A DNA stretch of 64,000 bases from Gammaproteobacteria bacterium (GTDB lineage Bacteria > Pseudomonadota > Gammaproteobacteria > Pseudomonadales > Azotimanducaceae): NCBI GenBank assembly GCA_027295305.1, contig JAPULC010000024.1:248-64247 (forward strand), read 5' to 3'. Under the pieces are notes generated by a model, which was given only the letters and a program-made list of their open reading frames with translations, was not told the DNA's origin and ran no database searches. Positions 56,123 to 64,000 of this stretch are shown here, one piece after another; the stretch's first letter is position 1; every line of letters begins with the position of its first letter. The translations under genes and the position numbers were made by a program.

Positions 56123-58045
56123 GTGACGTTCCTTGGGGCACTCAGTGATGCGGTGACAGGCGCCCTCTCCCCTTCGACAGCCAAAGGGGAGTCGGCGTCC
56201 CACCACACGCGGTGCTATGTCAGCTTCCACACGGACGATGGTTTCGATGGTGCAGTGGATTCATCACCAGGCAGTGCAGAGGATCAGCCTTTCCGTATCA
56301 TTGGGCTGAGCACAAACAAGATATTCGGACAGGCCGCCACTTGGACGCTCACCGTGAAGGGCCGCGGCAAAGAACAGGGTCCGCTGTCTAGCCGGGACGT
56401 GATGGACCTGTGGGAGGACCCCGAGGACGTGTGGGTGCGCATCGTTGTCGTGAAAGACGGCGTACCGACGGAGGTGCTGTTCGGGCTGATGAACACGGTC
56501 ACCGAAAGCATGACGCGCGATGGCGCGGGCGCGCGCAATGAGACCTACACCCTGACGGGCCAGGACTTCCACAAGGTATTCGACCGGACGCAGCTCTACA
56601 TCAATATCCATGAGAACGCTGGCCAACTCCCGATCATCCCGCTGTACGACGCGGTCTCTGAGAATCTGATCGGGACGCCGGACGAAGTGATGTCGGTGCT
56701 CCTGCGTGCGTGGCTCGGCAACAACGGCGTGGCCGACAAGCAATGGGCGCTCCCGCAGAGCCTGGGCGGCAAGTTTTTCTTCGACTTGCTGGGGCTCGAC
56801 TTCGGCGACCTGCGGGGGAACATCTTCGATCCATCGCTGTACAGTCCCGACCAGATGATGGGCCGCTCGCTGTGGCAGACCATGACCGAGTACTCCAACG
56901 GAATGCTCAATGAGATGTACACCGAGACATTCGAGGATGTGCCGTTCGATCGCAACCGGCCGCCGCGGCCACGCCTGACCCTGCGCGAGCGACCGTTTCC
57001 CACCCGCGATAAAAACAATCGCAGCTGGGAGGATTTGCTCACGCATGACCTGGGGCTCGGCGACATCAAGGCCAGAAACATGTCAAAGGGTGCACCCGAA
57101 AGTCGGTTCAACTATTGGCTGCTCGACTCGAAGGGATTGGTGGGAGATGGCCTCGGGACGCTGATGCAAATCCAGCAAGCATCGAATCGTGAGCTGGGGG
57201 TTCCAGGGTCTGCGCCGATCTACAACATCGAAGATATTCGCCGGCATGGTTTCCGGAAGTTCACACAGAGCACGCGCTATTTTCCATTCCGTGAGGATCC
57301 GAAGTGGCTCACGCACTCAGCGCGTTGGTTGCAGATGCTTCACGATTGGTATGCGGTCGCGCCGTTTGAGCTTTCAGGCACGCTCACCACGACCTCGATA
57401 TTCCCGGGCATTCGGATCGGCCATCGCGTGCGTGAGGCGCGGCGTGGGGGTTCGTCCATCGTCTACTATGTCGAAGGCGTCACCCAGAACTGGCAGTTTC
57501 CGGCGGCCGGCAGTACGACACTGAACCTCACGCGCGGCGAGGCCGAGGGAAAGCACTTGCTCGACATGGTCTACGACAAGATCACGGGCAGCGGTACGGG
57601 CGCATTGGATAGCATGCTGGAAGCAGCTACGGGGTTGGTGGTGGGTACGCCGCTCGGCGATGCTGTGCCGCATGGATCGGGACCCCGCTTGGACAAGGCA
57701 GTAGGCCAGGTCAAGACAGCGGAGCGGATCTATTTGGACACGCAGGGCGTGACCGTGGACGACCAGCAGCACATTGCGCGCGGCGAGTTGACCGGCAAGC
57801 ACGAAGAAGACATCCCTGATCTGCGGCCGGCTGATTTACCGGATCAGCAGACCACCTTGGAGCAGGAAATCCTTGTCGGACGTGCGGAGCCTCGGGAGCG
57901 AACACAGGGCGGCAATCTCACGCAACGCGAACTGGAGTCGGGGCGTCGACTGCCTGCGCTGGAGCCGACGGACAATGAGACCGAGAATGCGGATCTGACG
58001 CGCGATCAGCAGGATCTGAAGTGGCGGCGACGGAGGCAGCGATGA
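56123..58045 (+). CDS. Baseplate hub-like / tail-associated protein (putative)
   Basis: 640-aa ORF with a GTG start, lying between the tape measure and spike genes. Confidence 0.55.
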   Translation: MTFLGALSDAVTGALSPSTAKGESASHHTRCYVSFHTDDGFDGAVDSSPGSAEDQPFRIIGLSTNKIFGQAATWTLTVKGRGKEQGPLSSRDVMDLWEDPEDVWVRIVVVKDGVPTEVLFGLMNTVTESMTRDGAGARNETYTLTGQDFHKVFDRTQLYINIHENAGQLPIIPLYDAVSENLIGTPDEVMSVLLRAWLGNNGVADKQWALPQSLGGKFFFDLLGLDFGDLRGNIFDPSLYSPDQMMGRSLWQTMTEYSNGMLNEMYTETFEDVPFDRNRPPRPRLTLRERPFPTRDKNNRSWEDLLTHDLGLGDIKARNMSKGAPESRFNYWLLDSKGLVGDGLGTLMQIQQASNRELGVPGSAPIYNIEDIRRHGFRKFTQSTRYFPFREDPKWLTHSARWLQMLHDWYAVAPFELSGTLTTTSIFPGIRIGHRVREARRGGSSIVYYVEGVTQNWQFPAAGSTTLNLTRGEAEGKHLLDMVYDKITGSGTGALDSMLEAATGLVVGTPLGDAVPHGSGPRLDKAVGQVKTAERIYLDTQGVTVDDQQHIARGELTGKHEEDIPDLRPADLPDQQTTLEQEILVGRAEPRERTQGGNLTQRELESGRRLPALEPTDNETENADLTRDQQDLKWRRRRQR

Positions 58046-59175
58046 GGAATCGAACCTACGTGGACCCGCGCACAGGCCGCACGATCAAAAGCGGCCTGAA
58101 TCTGCAGGAGGAAGGGAAGCAAAGCAGCTTCATCCCGCGAGGCACCATCTATCGCGCGGTGGTGTTGCGTACGTTCGCGACCGACGACAGCGTTCGCACG
58201 GAAGGTCTGCGCAAAGACAGCACGCGTCTATACGAAGTCGAGTGCGATATCTTGCTCACGTCGACGAGGGTGCCCAAATCGCGCGTTCCTGTCATGCAGT
58301 ACAACCATGGCGTCAACGACGCGCGGTTGTGGATCCCACGCCCGAGCACGCGCGTAGTCGGCAATGCTTCGCCACTGAATCTGACGCGTGTGTCGCGCCG
58401 CGGCACGCTGCAAAGTCTTCCGCCGAACTTTGAAGATCTCGACGGCGACCAGGTGCTGGTGCAGTTCATCGAGGGTGATCCGGAGAAGCCGATCATCGTC
58501 GGCGCGATGAGTCATGCGAAGACGAAGCGACTGGTCACCGATGGCAGTGGGTGGACACCGGGCACAGGCGGGGCAGGCCAGCGGGGCGGGCCAGAGCTTC
58601 TGGAAAACTACATGCGCTTTCGCGGATTCGAGATGCGCATCAACGACGCAGGGGATGTCCTGTTCGACACGGTGGGATCCAATCCCATCGATGGCGACAC
58701 GGAGACGCCCAACCCGGTAGTGGGCGGCCAGGTACGGTTTCGCCTCAAGGGTCCGACCACTGGCGTTGTGGACTCGCAGCGCTATGTCGTCGAGATCGAC
58801 GGTACCGATATCCTGGAGGTGTTCCAGGCGCTTGATGGACTGCTGCAAATCCAGATGGTGGGCGGAAGCGAACAGTTTATCCGGGGCACCACGCATGCGG
58901 CCAACCTGAGCACGCTCATGACGGCAGCGCAGACATTCACCAACGTGGCCGCGATTGCATGCAGTTCGGGTGCCGCGCTGTCGGTCGGCCCCCTGGCGGC
59001 GTTCAAGCCGGTTTGGATTGCGCTGGGCAACGCCTTCAATGTGTTTGGTGGCATGATAGGCCCATCGCTGGACCCGGGCATCGTCCCGATTCCTCCGGCG
59101 ACTGCCCCTGTGGGCGTCTTTTCCGCGACCCTCGTGGACGGGCAAGCGCTGTCCACGAAGATTCGCGGAGATTGA
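58042..59175 (+). CDS. Baseplate central spike (gpV/gp5 OB-fold-like)
   Basis: ATGA overlap. It has the motif GDQVLVQFIEGDPEKPIIVGAMSH, typical of gpV/VgrG N-domains. Confidence 0.65.
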   Translation: MRNRTYVDPRTGRTIKSGLNLQEEGKQSSFIPRGTIYRAVVLRTFATDDSVRTEGLRKDSTRLYEVECDILLTSTRVPKSRVPVMQYNHGVNDARLWIPRPSTRVVGNASPLNLTRVSRRGTLQSLPPNFEDLDGDQVLVQFIEGDPEKPIIVGAMSHAKTKRLVTDGSGWTPGTGGAGQRGGPELLENYMRFRGFEMRINDAGDVLFDTVGSNPIDGDTETPNPVVGGQVRFRLKGPTTGVVDSQRYVVEIDGTDILEVFQALDGLLQIQMVGGSEQFIRGTTHAANLSTLMTAAQTFTNVAAIACSSGAALSVGPLAAFKPVWIALGNAFNVFGGMIGPSLDPGIVPIPPATAPVGVFSATLVDGQALSTKIRGD

Positions 59176-59193
59176 TCGTGTAGGCTGGGTCTG

Positions 59194-60975
59194 ATGGCAC
59201 TTCTCTCCGATGCCCGAACTTCGCTCAATGCGGTGGTCCCCGGATTGCCGCTGGGTGACGTCCTGCTGGGTGACATCGGCGCGTTCCGAAAAGGCTTCGT
59301 CTTCGAGATCATCGACACACTCGATGATAAGGCCGGCAAAGAAGCGTTGATGACCAAGAGCCTCGTGCTCAACCCGCGGGTCTACACGATATCCGAGCCC
59401 TTCGTGAGCACGCTGACACCGTCGGAAGACGATACGATCGTCACCGAGGAAAACGGCATCCTCATCCGCGAGATTGTGCTCGAAGGCACCACCGGGATCA
59501 CCAACAAGACAGAGGATGCGCTCAGCCGCGGCAGCACCATCGGCACCAACGCCAGTGGCATTGAGCACTTCCATGAGTTGCGGGATATGTTCCGTCGGTA
59601 TGGCGAGTTGAAGAAGGACCCGCTCCGGTCATCGCGTATCCGAATGATCTTCCACAACGTCAAAGAAGATGATCATTTCGTGGTGGTGCCTCGGATGTTC
59701 GAGACCCCGCGCGACGCCAAGAGCAACCGGTTTCATCTGAACTACAGGATCACACTTGCTGCCATCCAGCCGTACCCTCCCCCTCCCCCACAACTGGATT
59801 TTCTGGGCCTGCTGGGCGGGTTCGGGCAAGCGATCAAGGATATCACTTCGTCGGTCAACACCGCCCGCGCGAACTTGGTGGAGCTGATCGATGCGGTTGA
59901 CATCCTACGGGACAGGATAAGAAATCCCGATCAGTTCTTCGTCGACACCGCGCTGTGCACCAATGCGTCGCATGATCTGATCGACGGTGTGACAGTCACG
60001 ATCGCCTTGTCCCAAGAGTTCTTCGCAGCAACCAACGATTTGCTCGAAGAGGTGCAGGAAGATCTGGAAAACGATATCGATTCACCGCCAACCGAAGATG
60101 AGTTCCGTTTGGCTCGGTTGATAAAGTCTACGCGCGCGCAGATGGAGCAGATACAGCAGCACACCGAGCAGTTTTCTCCGCCACTAGGCGACGACATCGC
60201 GGCGCCGTTCGCGGGAGACCGCAATCTGACCAATGCGGATCTGCGGGACAATACGGCGGGCGCCTCAAAGGGCACGCGCACGCGCCTCGCGTTGGGTTCC
60301 GCGCGCAGATCCGGGCTCGACCTGGGGGCCTTCAACAGCAGCCGCCTGGGCAGCATCGCGGCCGGCGACACGATCGATGGCATCGCAACCCGCGAGAATG
60401 TGCCCCGCGAAGTGCTCATCGCGATCAACGACCTGCGGTTTCCGTACATCGCGCGCGGGGGCGGCCCGGGCACACTTGAGCCAGGCGCAACGATCCTTAT
60501 TCCGGTGCTGGCGGCCGGCCAGTCGACCAACACGACACCGAGCGGGGTGTACCTGACCCCTGAAGAGATCCTGTACGGCGTCGATCTCGCGCTGGATCCG
60601 GATTTGGCGGAGGCCGGCATTTTCGATGTTCTCGTGGACACCACGCACGGATCCCTGGATGCGCAGCAGGTGAAAGGCGTCAACAACGCGACCCAGGGTA
60701 TCCAGATCATCGTGAGCACGGAGCGCGGCGCCACGGATTTCATCTCTGATCTAGGCATCAAACGCACGCCTGGGGTAAAAGGCACCGTCGCCAACATGCT
60801 CGTCGCGAGCATGTACCTGCGTGAGGCTATCTTGAGCGACCCGCGCGTGGAGCTGATCCAGAGCACTCGAATCACGCTGGCGGGTGATGTATTGAGCCAG
60901 GAAATCTCGCCGCAGTTGATCGGCGACCGGGACGGCGTCACTGTCGTGGTGCCATTCGGAAAGGCCGCGCAATAG
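59194..60975 (+). CDS. Baseplate protein with LysM-like segment
   Basis: 593 aa. The segment GDTIDGIATRENVPREVLIAINDLRFPYI...LEPGATILIPV resembles LysM. Confidence 0.55.
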   Translation: MALLSDARTSLNAVVPGLPLGDVLLGDIGAFRKGFVFEIIDTLDDKAGKEALMTKSLVLNPRVYTISEPFVSTLTPSEDDTIVTEENGILIREIVLEGTTGITNKTEDALSRGSTIGTNASGIEHFHELRDMFRRYGELKKDPLRSSRIRMIFHNVKEDDHFVVVPRMFETPRDAKSNRFHLNYRITLAAIQPYPPPPPQLDFLGLLGGFGQAIKDITSSVNTARANLVELIDAVDILRDRIRNPDQFFVDTALCTNASHDLIDGVTVTIALSQEFFAATNDLLEEVQEDLENDIDSPPTEDEFRLARLIKSTRAQMEQIQQHTEQFSPPLGDDIAAPFAGDRNLTNADLRDNTAGASKGTRTRLALGSARRSGLDLGAFNSSRLGSIAAGDTIDGIATRENVPREVLIAINDLRFPYIARGGGPGTLEPGATILIPVLAAGQSTNTTPSGVYLTPEEILYGVDLALDPDLAEAGIFDVLVDTTHGSLDAQQVKGVNNATQGIQIIVSTERGATDFISDLGIKRTPGVKGTVANMLVASMYLREAILSDPRVELIQSTRITLAGDVLSQEISPQLIGDRDGVTVVVPFGKAAQ

Positions 60976-62358
60976 ATGCCCCTGTTCAAGCCCCGCACTC
61001 GACCAGAGATCCTGCGCGAGATGATCGCGCGCGTGATCGCGCGCTCCACCCTCGTGGGACTGTTGCGCAACAGTGTCGTGTTCCATACGCTGGCGGCCGC
61101 CGCAGACGAGGACGCTGAGCAGTACTTCCAGCTGGTGAACCTGCGCGCGGTGTTTTCGATCGACAAGGCGACCGGATCCGACCTGGACGAGCGCGCCGCG
61201 GAGATCCAGCCCGCTACGATCAAACGTCGCCGAAGCCTGTTTAGTAGCGGGAACATGTCGTTGTTCCGCGAGGGCACCGTCGGAAATCTGAATATCCCGG
61301 CAGGCACCATCGTGGCCGCCGAGGATGCCGAGGGGCAGATCAAGTACCGCACCACGGTCGCGGCCACGATCCTCGATGGGTTCAGCCAGGTGATCGGGAT
61401 TGGCGTAGTGGCGCTCGAAGCGGGCGCGCGCGGCAATGCGGCCGCGGGGACCATCGTGCAGATCGTGAGCCGCACGCCGGGCCTCACGGCGGTCTCGAAC
61501 CCCGCATCGTTCGATAATGGGCAGGATCGCGAGGGAGACGATAGATTCCGTGCGCGGCTCAAGCTCTACGTGCAGGGTCTATCCCGCGGGACGCCGGTTG
61601 CGATCCGGTCTTTCGCGCTCAATGTTCAGCTCACCGACGGCCGTCGCGTGCTGTTCGCGAGCGTATCCGAGCCGGTCGTGCCGACAGGCACCTACGATGT
61701 GTTCATCGACGATGGCACGGGATTCATCACCGAGACCGACAACGGTTTCCAGTTTTCGCTCGATACGCTGATCAGCCCAGCGCTCGGGGGTGAGACCAAT
61801 CTGTTCACTTCTGCCCGCCCGCTTGTCCCCGGGTCCCTCGTGGCATTCAAAAATGCCGTGGCAATGGTGGAAAATGTCGATTTCGTCGTGAACACAGCCA
61901 ACGGACAGCTCGAACTGCTCATCCCGCTCGTGGCCGGCGACATCGTCACCGCAAACTACGTGTTTTTCATAGGGCTCATCCAGGAGACGCAACGGGTTAT
62001 CGATGGCGATCCGGGCGCTTTGTTGACCTTCCCAGGCGTGCGCGCCGCGGGCACGCGCGCGATCGTGAAGGCTGCGACGCCAATACCGCAGACGCTGGCG
62101 GCGTCCGCGTCGGTGGCCAACGACTTCGATGCGGCCACGGTCATTGAGCAAGTAATCGCGGAGATTCAGAGCTACATCAACAACCTGGATATCGGCCGAT
62201 CAGTCATCGTGGCGGAGATCATTGAGCGCGCAATGGCGGTACCTGGGATGTTCAACTTCCAGATCACCGATTTGAGCGGTACATTTCCAGCGGTGGACCA
62301 GTTCATCCTACCCAACCAGGTGGCCCGCATCGTGTCGGCCAACATATCCGTCGTCTGA
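60976..62358 (+). CDS. Baseplate J-like (gpJ/gp6-like) protein
   Basis: 460 aa. It follows the N-terminal pattern of the J family (ATGSDLDERAAE...IPAGTIV...). Confidence 0.62.
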   Translation: MPLFKPRTRPEILREMIARVIARSTLVGLLRNSVVFHTLAAAADEDAEQYFQLVNLRAVFSIDKATGSDLDERAAEIQPATIKRRRSLFSSGNMSLFREGTVGNLNIPAGTIVAAEDAEGQIKYRTTVAATILDGFSQVIGIGVVALEAGARGNAAAGTIVQIVSRTPGLTAVSNPASFDNGQDREGDDRFRARLKLYVQGLSRGTPVAIRSFALNVQLTDGRRVLFASVSEPVVPTGTYDVFIDDGTGFITETDNGFQFSLDTLISPALGGETNLFTSARPLVPGSLVAFKNAVAMVENVDFVVNTANGQLELLIPLVAGDIVTANYVFFIGLIQETQRVIDGDPGALLTFPGVRAAGTRAIVKAATPIPQTLAASASVANDFDAATVIEQVIAEIQSYINNLDIGRSVIVAEIIERAMAVPGMFNFQITDLSGTFPAVDQFILPNQVARIVSANISVV

Positions 62359-62370
62359 AGGCACCCGAAT

Positions 62371-63429
62371 ATGACCGCACAACTCGTATTTGACGCAGGA
62401 GGGGGGCCATTTCCCGGTTCGATCACGCTGCCTGGCGTCGACGTGGGTACAGCGGTCACCGTATCGAACCTGGACAATACGGGGGTGGCGGGCTGGCGGT
62501 TTGAGATCCTGGATGCTCCGTCGCCGAGTCCCACACTGAATCCGCTGCCGGCTCCAGTCTTCACCAGCACGACCGTCGTCACGCCGGACGTGAAGGGTCA
62601 TACCGTCATGATGCGGCTCACGACCTACACGGACGTGGCGCGGACCATCATCGATGCCATCGCGACGGGCACCATTCGGGTACGCTTCGACCCGCCCTTC
62701 GATTGGGTTATCCCTGCAGCGCAGGAGTCCATCGAATCCAATGAGATCCGGGGTTGGGCGAATGACGTCAACCGCATTCTGCGCGACGTACATGGCATCA
62801 TCCAAGACGCCGGGGCGGGCCAGAGCTTCCGCGTGATCACCCCCACGGATACGAAGACGGTCGGCCCCAACTCGCGGTCGTTCTTCGGCCCTGATATCAC
62901 CATCCAAGACGGTGGTGATATCAATCTCTCCGATCCGCTGGGCGACCTGCTCGGGTTCACTCACCGCGAGAATCACACGGTGGAGCAGATCCCCTACGGT
63001 GCCCACCGGGTTATCCAGGCCCAGGAGATCATGCGTGTCGAGTCCCTGACGGTGGGGGGCACGTTGACGATCTTCGGCACGCTGCAGGAAATCGCGACGG
63101 CCGATGCGCAGCTGCCCGACCACACCACGCTCGATTCGATCGTGCGCACCAGCAACTTTTCGATGTTGCCGAAGCGCCGCCATCCCGTGGACATCAGCGG
63201 CGGCAATGTGGTCGCCGAGCTGCCGCAAGCGGGCTTGGTTCCCGTAGATACGGAATCGTGGGTCATCGTCCAGGGGGACGCCGGGGGCAACACGCTGTCG
63301 GTGGTGACACAGTTCGGGGATACGCTGGGCAAGCTCGCGTCCCCGAAGACGACCGAGCCGCTGATCACGGACCTGGCATTCGCTGGATTCCGAAGCAATG
63401 GCGTCAACGTTTGGTACCAGTTCGCGTAG
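62371..63429 (+). CDS. Baseplate/tail fibre-associated protein (putative)
   Basis: 352-aa ORF after the J-like gene. Confidence 0.5.
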   Translation: MTAQLVFDAGGGPFPGSITLPGVDVGTAVTVSNLDNTGVAGWRFEILDAPSPSPTLNPLPAPVFTSTTVVTPDVKGHTVMMRLTTYTDVARTIIDAIATGTIRVRFDPPFDWVIPAAQESIESNEIRGWANDVNRILRDVHGIIQDAGAGQSFRVITPTDTKTVGPNSRSFFGPDITIQDGGDINLSDPLGDLLGFTHRENHTVEQIPYGAHRVIQAQEIMRVESLTVGGTLTIFGTLQEIATADAQLPDHTTLDSIVRTSNFSMLPKRRHPVDISGGNVVAELPQAGLVPVDTESWVIVQGDAGGNTLSVVTQFGDTLGKLASPKTTEPLITDLAFAGFRSNGVNVWYQFA

Positions 63430-63444
63430 TCTAGAGGGAGAGCG

Positions 63445-64000
63445 ATGAGCACACTCACACAAACCAAAACCGATCCTTCGGCCATCCCGACGCCTGCCAC
63501 CGGTCAGACCTCCAATGTGGTCGACCTTGCGGGTGTCCTCCGACAAAAGCAGGATGATGGTTCGGTCACCCCGGCCAGCCCCAATGTCGCGACGTCCATC
63601 GAGCCGAGCAGTCCCAGCACACCGATCCCGATCACCGGCGGCGCTGGCACCGTCGGCGACGTGCTTGCCAAGACGACAGATTCGGGCGCTGGCGAGGTCG
63701 GATTGGTCGAGCCGCGGGTCCAGGGCATCAGTCAGAACGTGCGCCAGCTGCGCGCGGTCGTGACCGCGGGCGCGCAGACCAATGACTTGGTGCTCGGCGA
63801 GTTGCTGGTGGTCGACCTCGAAGCCATCGCGGGCCCGCATGAGGTGCTGCTGCCGGCCGCGCCGACAGCCGATTCCAACCGCTCGGTCTGCATCAAGATC
63901 TTCGGCGACGCCGCCGGCCAGACGCTCACGATCACGCCCGATGGCGCCGACTTTCTCGACAAGGATCAGACCACCCGGGCGATCACCAACACACGCGAGT
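63445..64000 (+). CDS. Tail fibre-like protein, 5' part (runs off window)
   Basis: ATG at 63445 follows AGAGGGAG. My hand translation shows the frame open to the window end. It is absent from the ORF track because it has no stop. Confidence 0.55.
   Translation, partial: MSTLTQTKTDPSAIPTPATGQTSNVVDLAGVLRQKQDDGSVTPASPNVATSIEPSSPSTPIPITGGAGTVGDVLAKTTDSGAGEVGLVEPRVQGISQNVRQLRAVVTAGAQTNDLVLGELLVVDLEAIAGPHEVLLPAAPTADSNRSVCIKIFGDAAGQTLTITPDGADFLDKDQTTRAITNTRE

Noticed and set aside
1-64000. Prophage boundaries, att sites or host flanking genes.
   Set aside because: Every recognisable gene is phage-like. No tRNA, tyrosine integrase or housekeeping genes are present, so I cannot say from this window whether the element is integrated.

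Overview
This window looks like high-GC tailed-phage or prophage DNA. Almost all genes are on the + strand; I find only six convincing - strand genes. All homology calls were made by eye from the ORF translations, so treat them as hypotheses.

**Layout**
- 1-32 kb holds about 90 small early or accessory genes, packed with ATGA, GTGA and TGATG stop-start overlaps.
- Recognisable products there are thymidylate synthase (11457-12299), a MazG-like pyrophosphohydrolase, a RusA-like resolvase and a small serine recombinase.
- Also a Lar-like restriction-alleviation protein, two ASCH/PUA-like proteins, a DnaN-like mini-clamp, an XRE-type HTH protein and an RHH protein.
- The same region carries a MuF-HExxH polyvalent-type protein that contains an intein.
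- 32-64 kb is a contractile-tail virion module: prohead protease, scaffold, major capsid, fibre-like proteins, sheath, tube, chaperone pair, tape measure, hub, spike, LysM and J-like baseplate proteins, and a fibre gene running off the window.
- I saw no rRNA, tRNA, CRISPR array or att sites. Terminase and portal genes are not in the window.

**Main candidates for something new**
1. A class-1 intein sits in the MuF HPxCxC motif. Its homing-endonuclease-like gene (HTH-HTH-Vsr/DUF559-like) is encoded on the opposite strand, in exact antiparallel codon register with the open intein frame.
2. Two adjacent arrays of small genes have boundaries that are conserved nucleotide motifs. There are 10 copies of RGGAGACC-SMC-TGATGCCGA, then 8 copies of CAGCARRAARGGCTC-N2-8-ATGA. 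The two arrays meet exactly at the serine recombinase gene.
3. A third start-associated motif, WTATCMSGTA, lies 10 nt upstream of the ATG at four sites and 13 or 26 nt upstream at two others.
4. A divergent control region carries phased GTACGGA repeats next to the RusA and RHH genes.

Smaller oddities are listed as separate findings.
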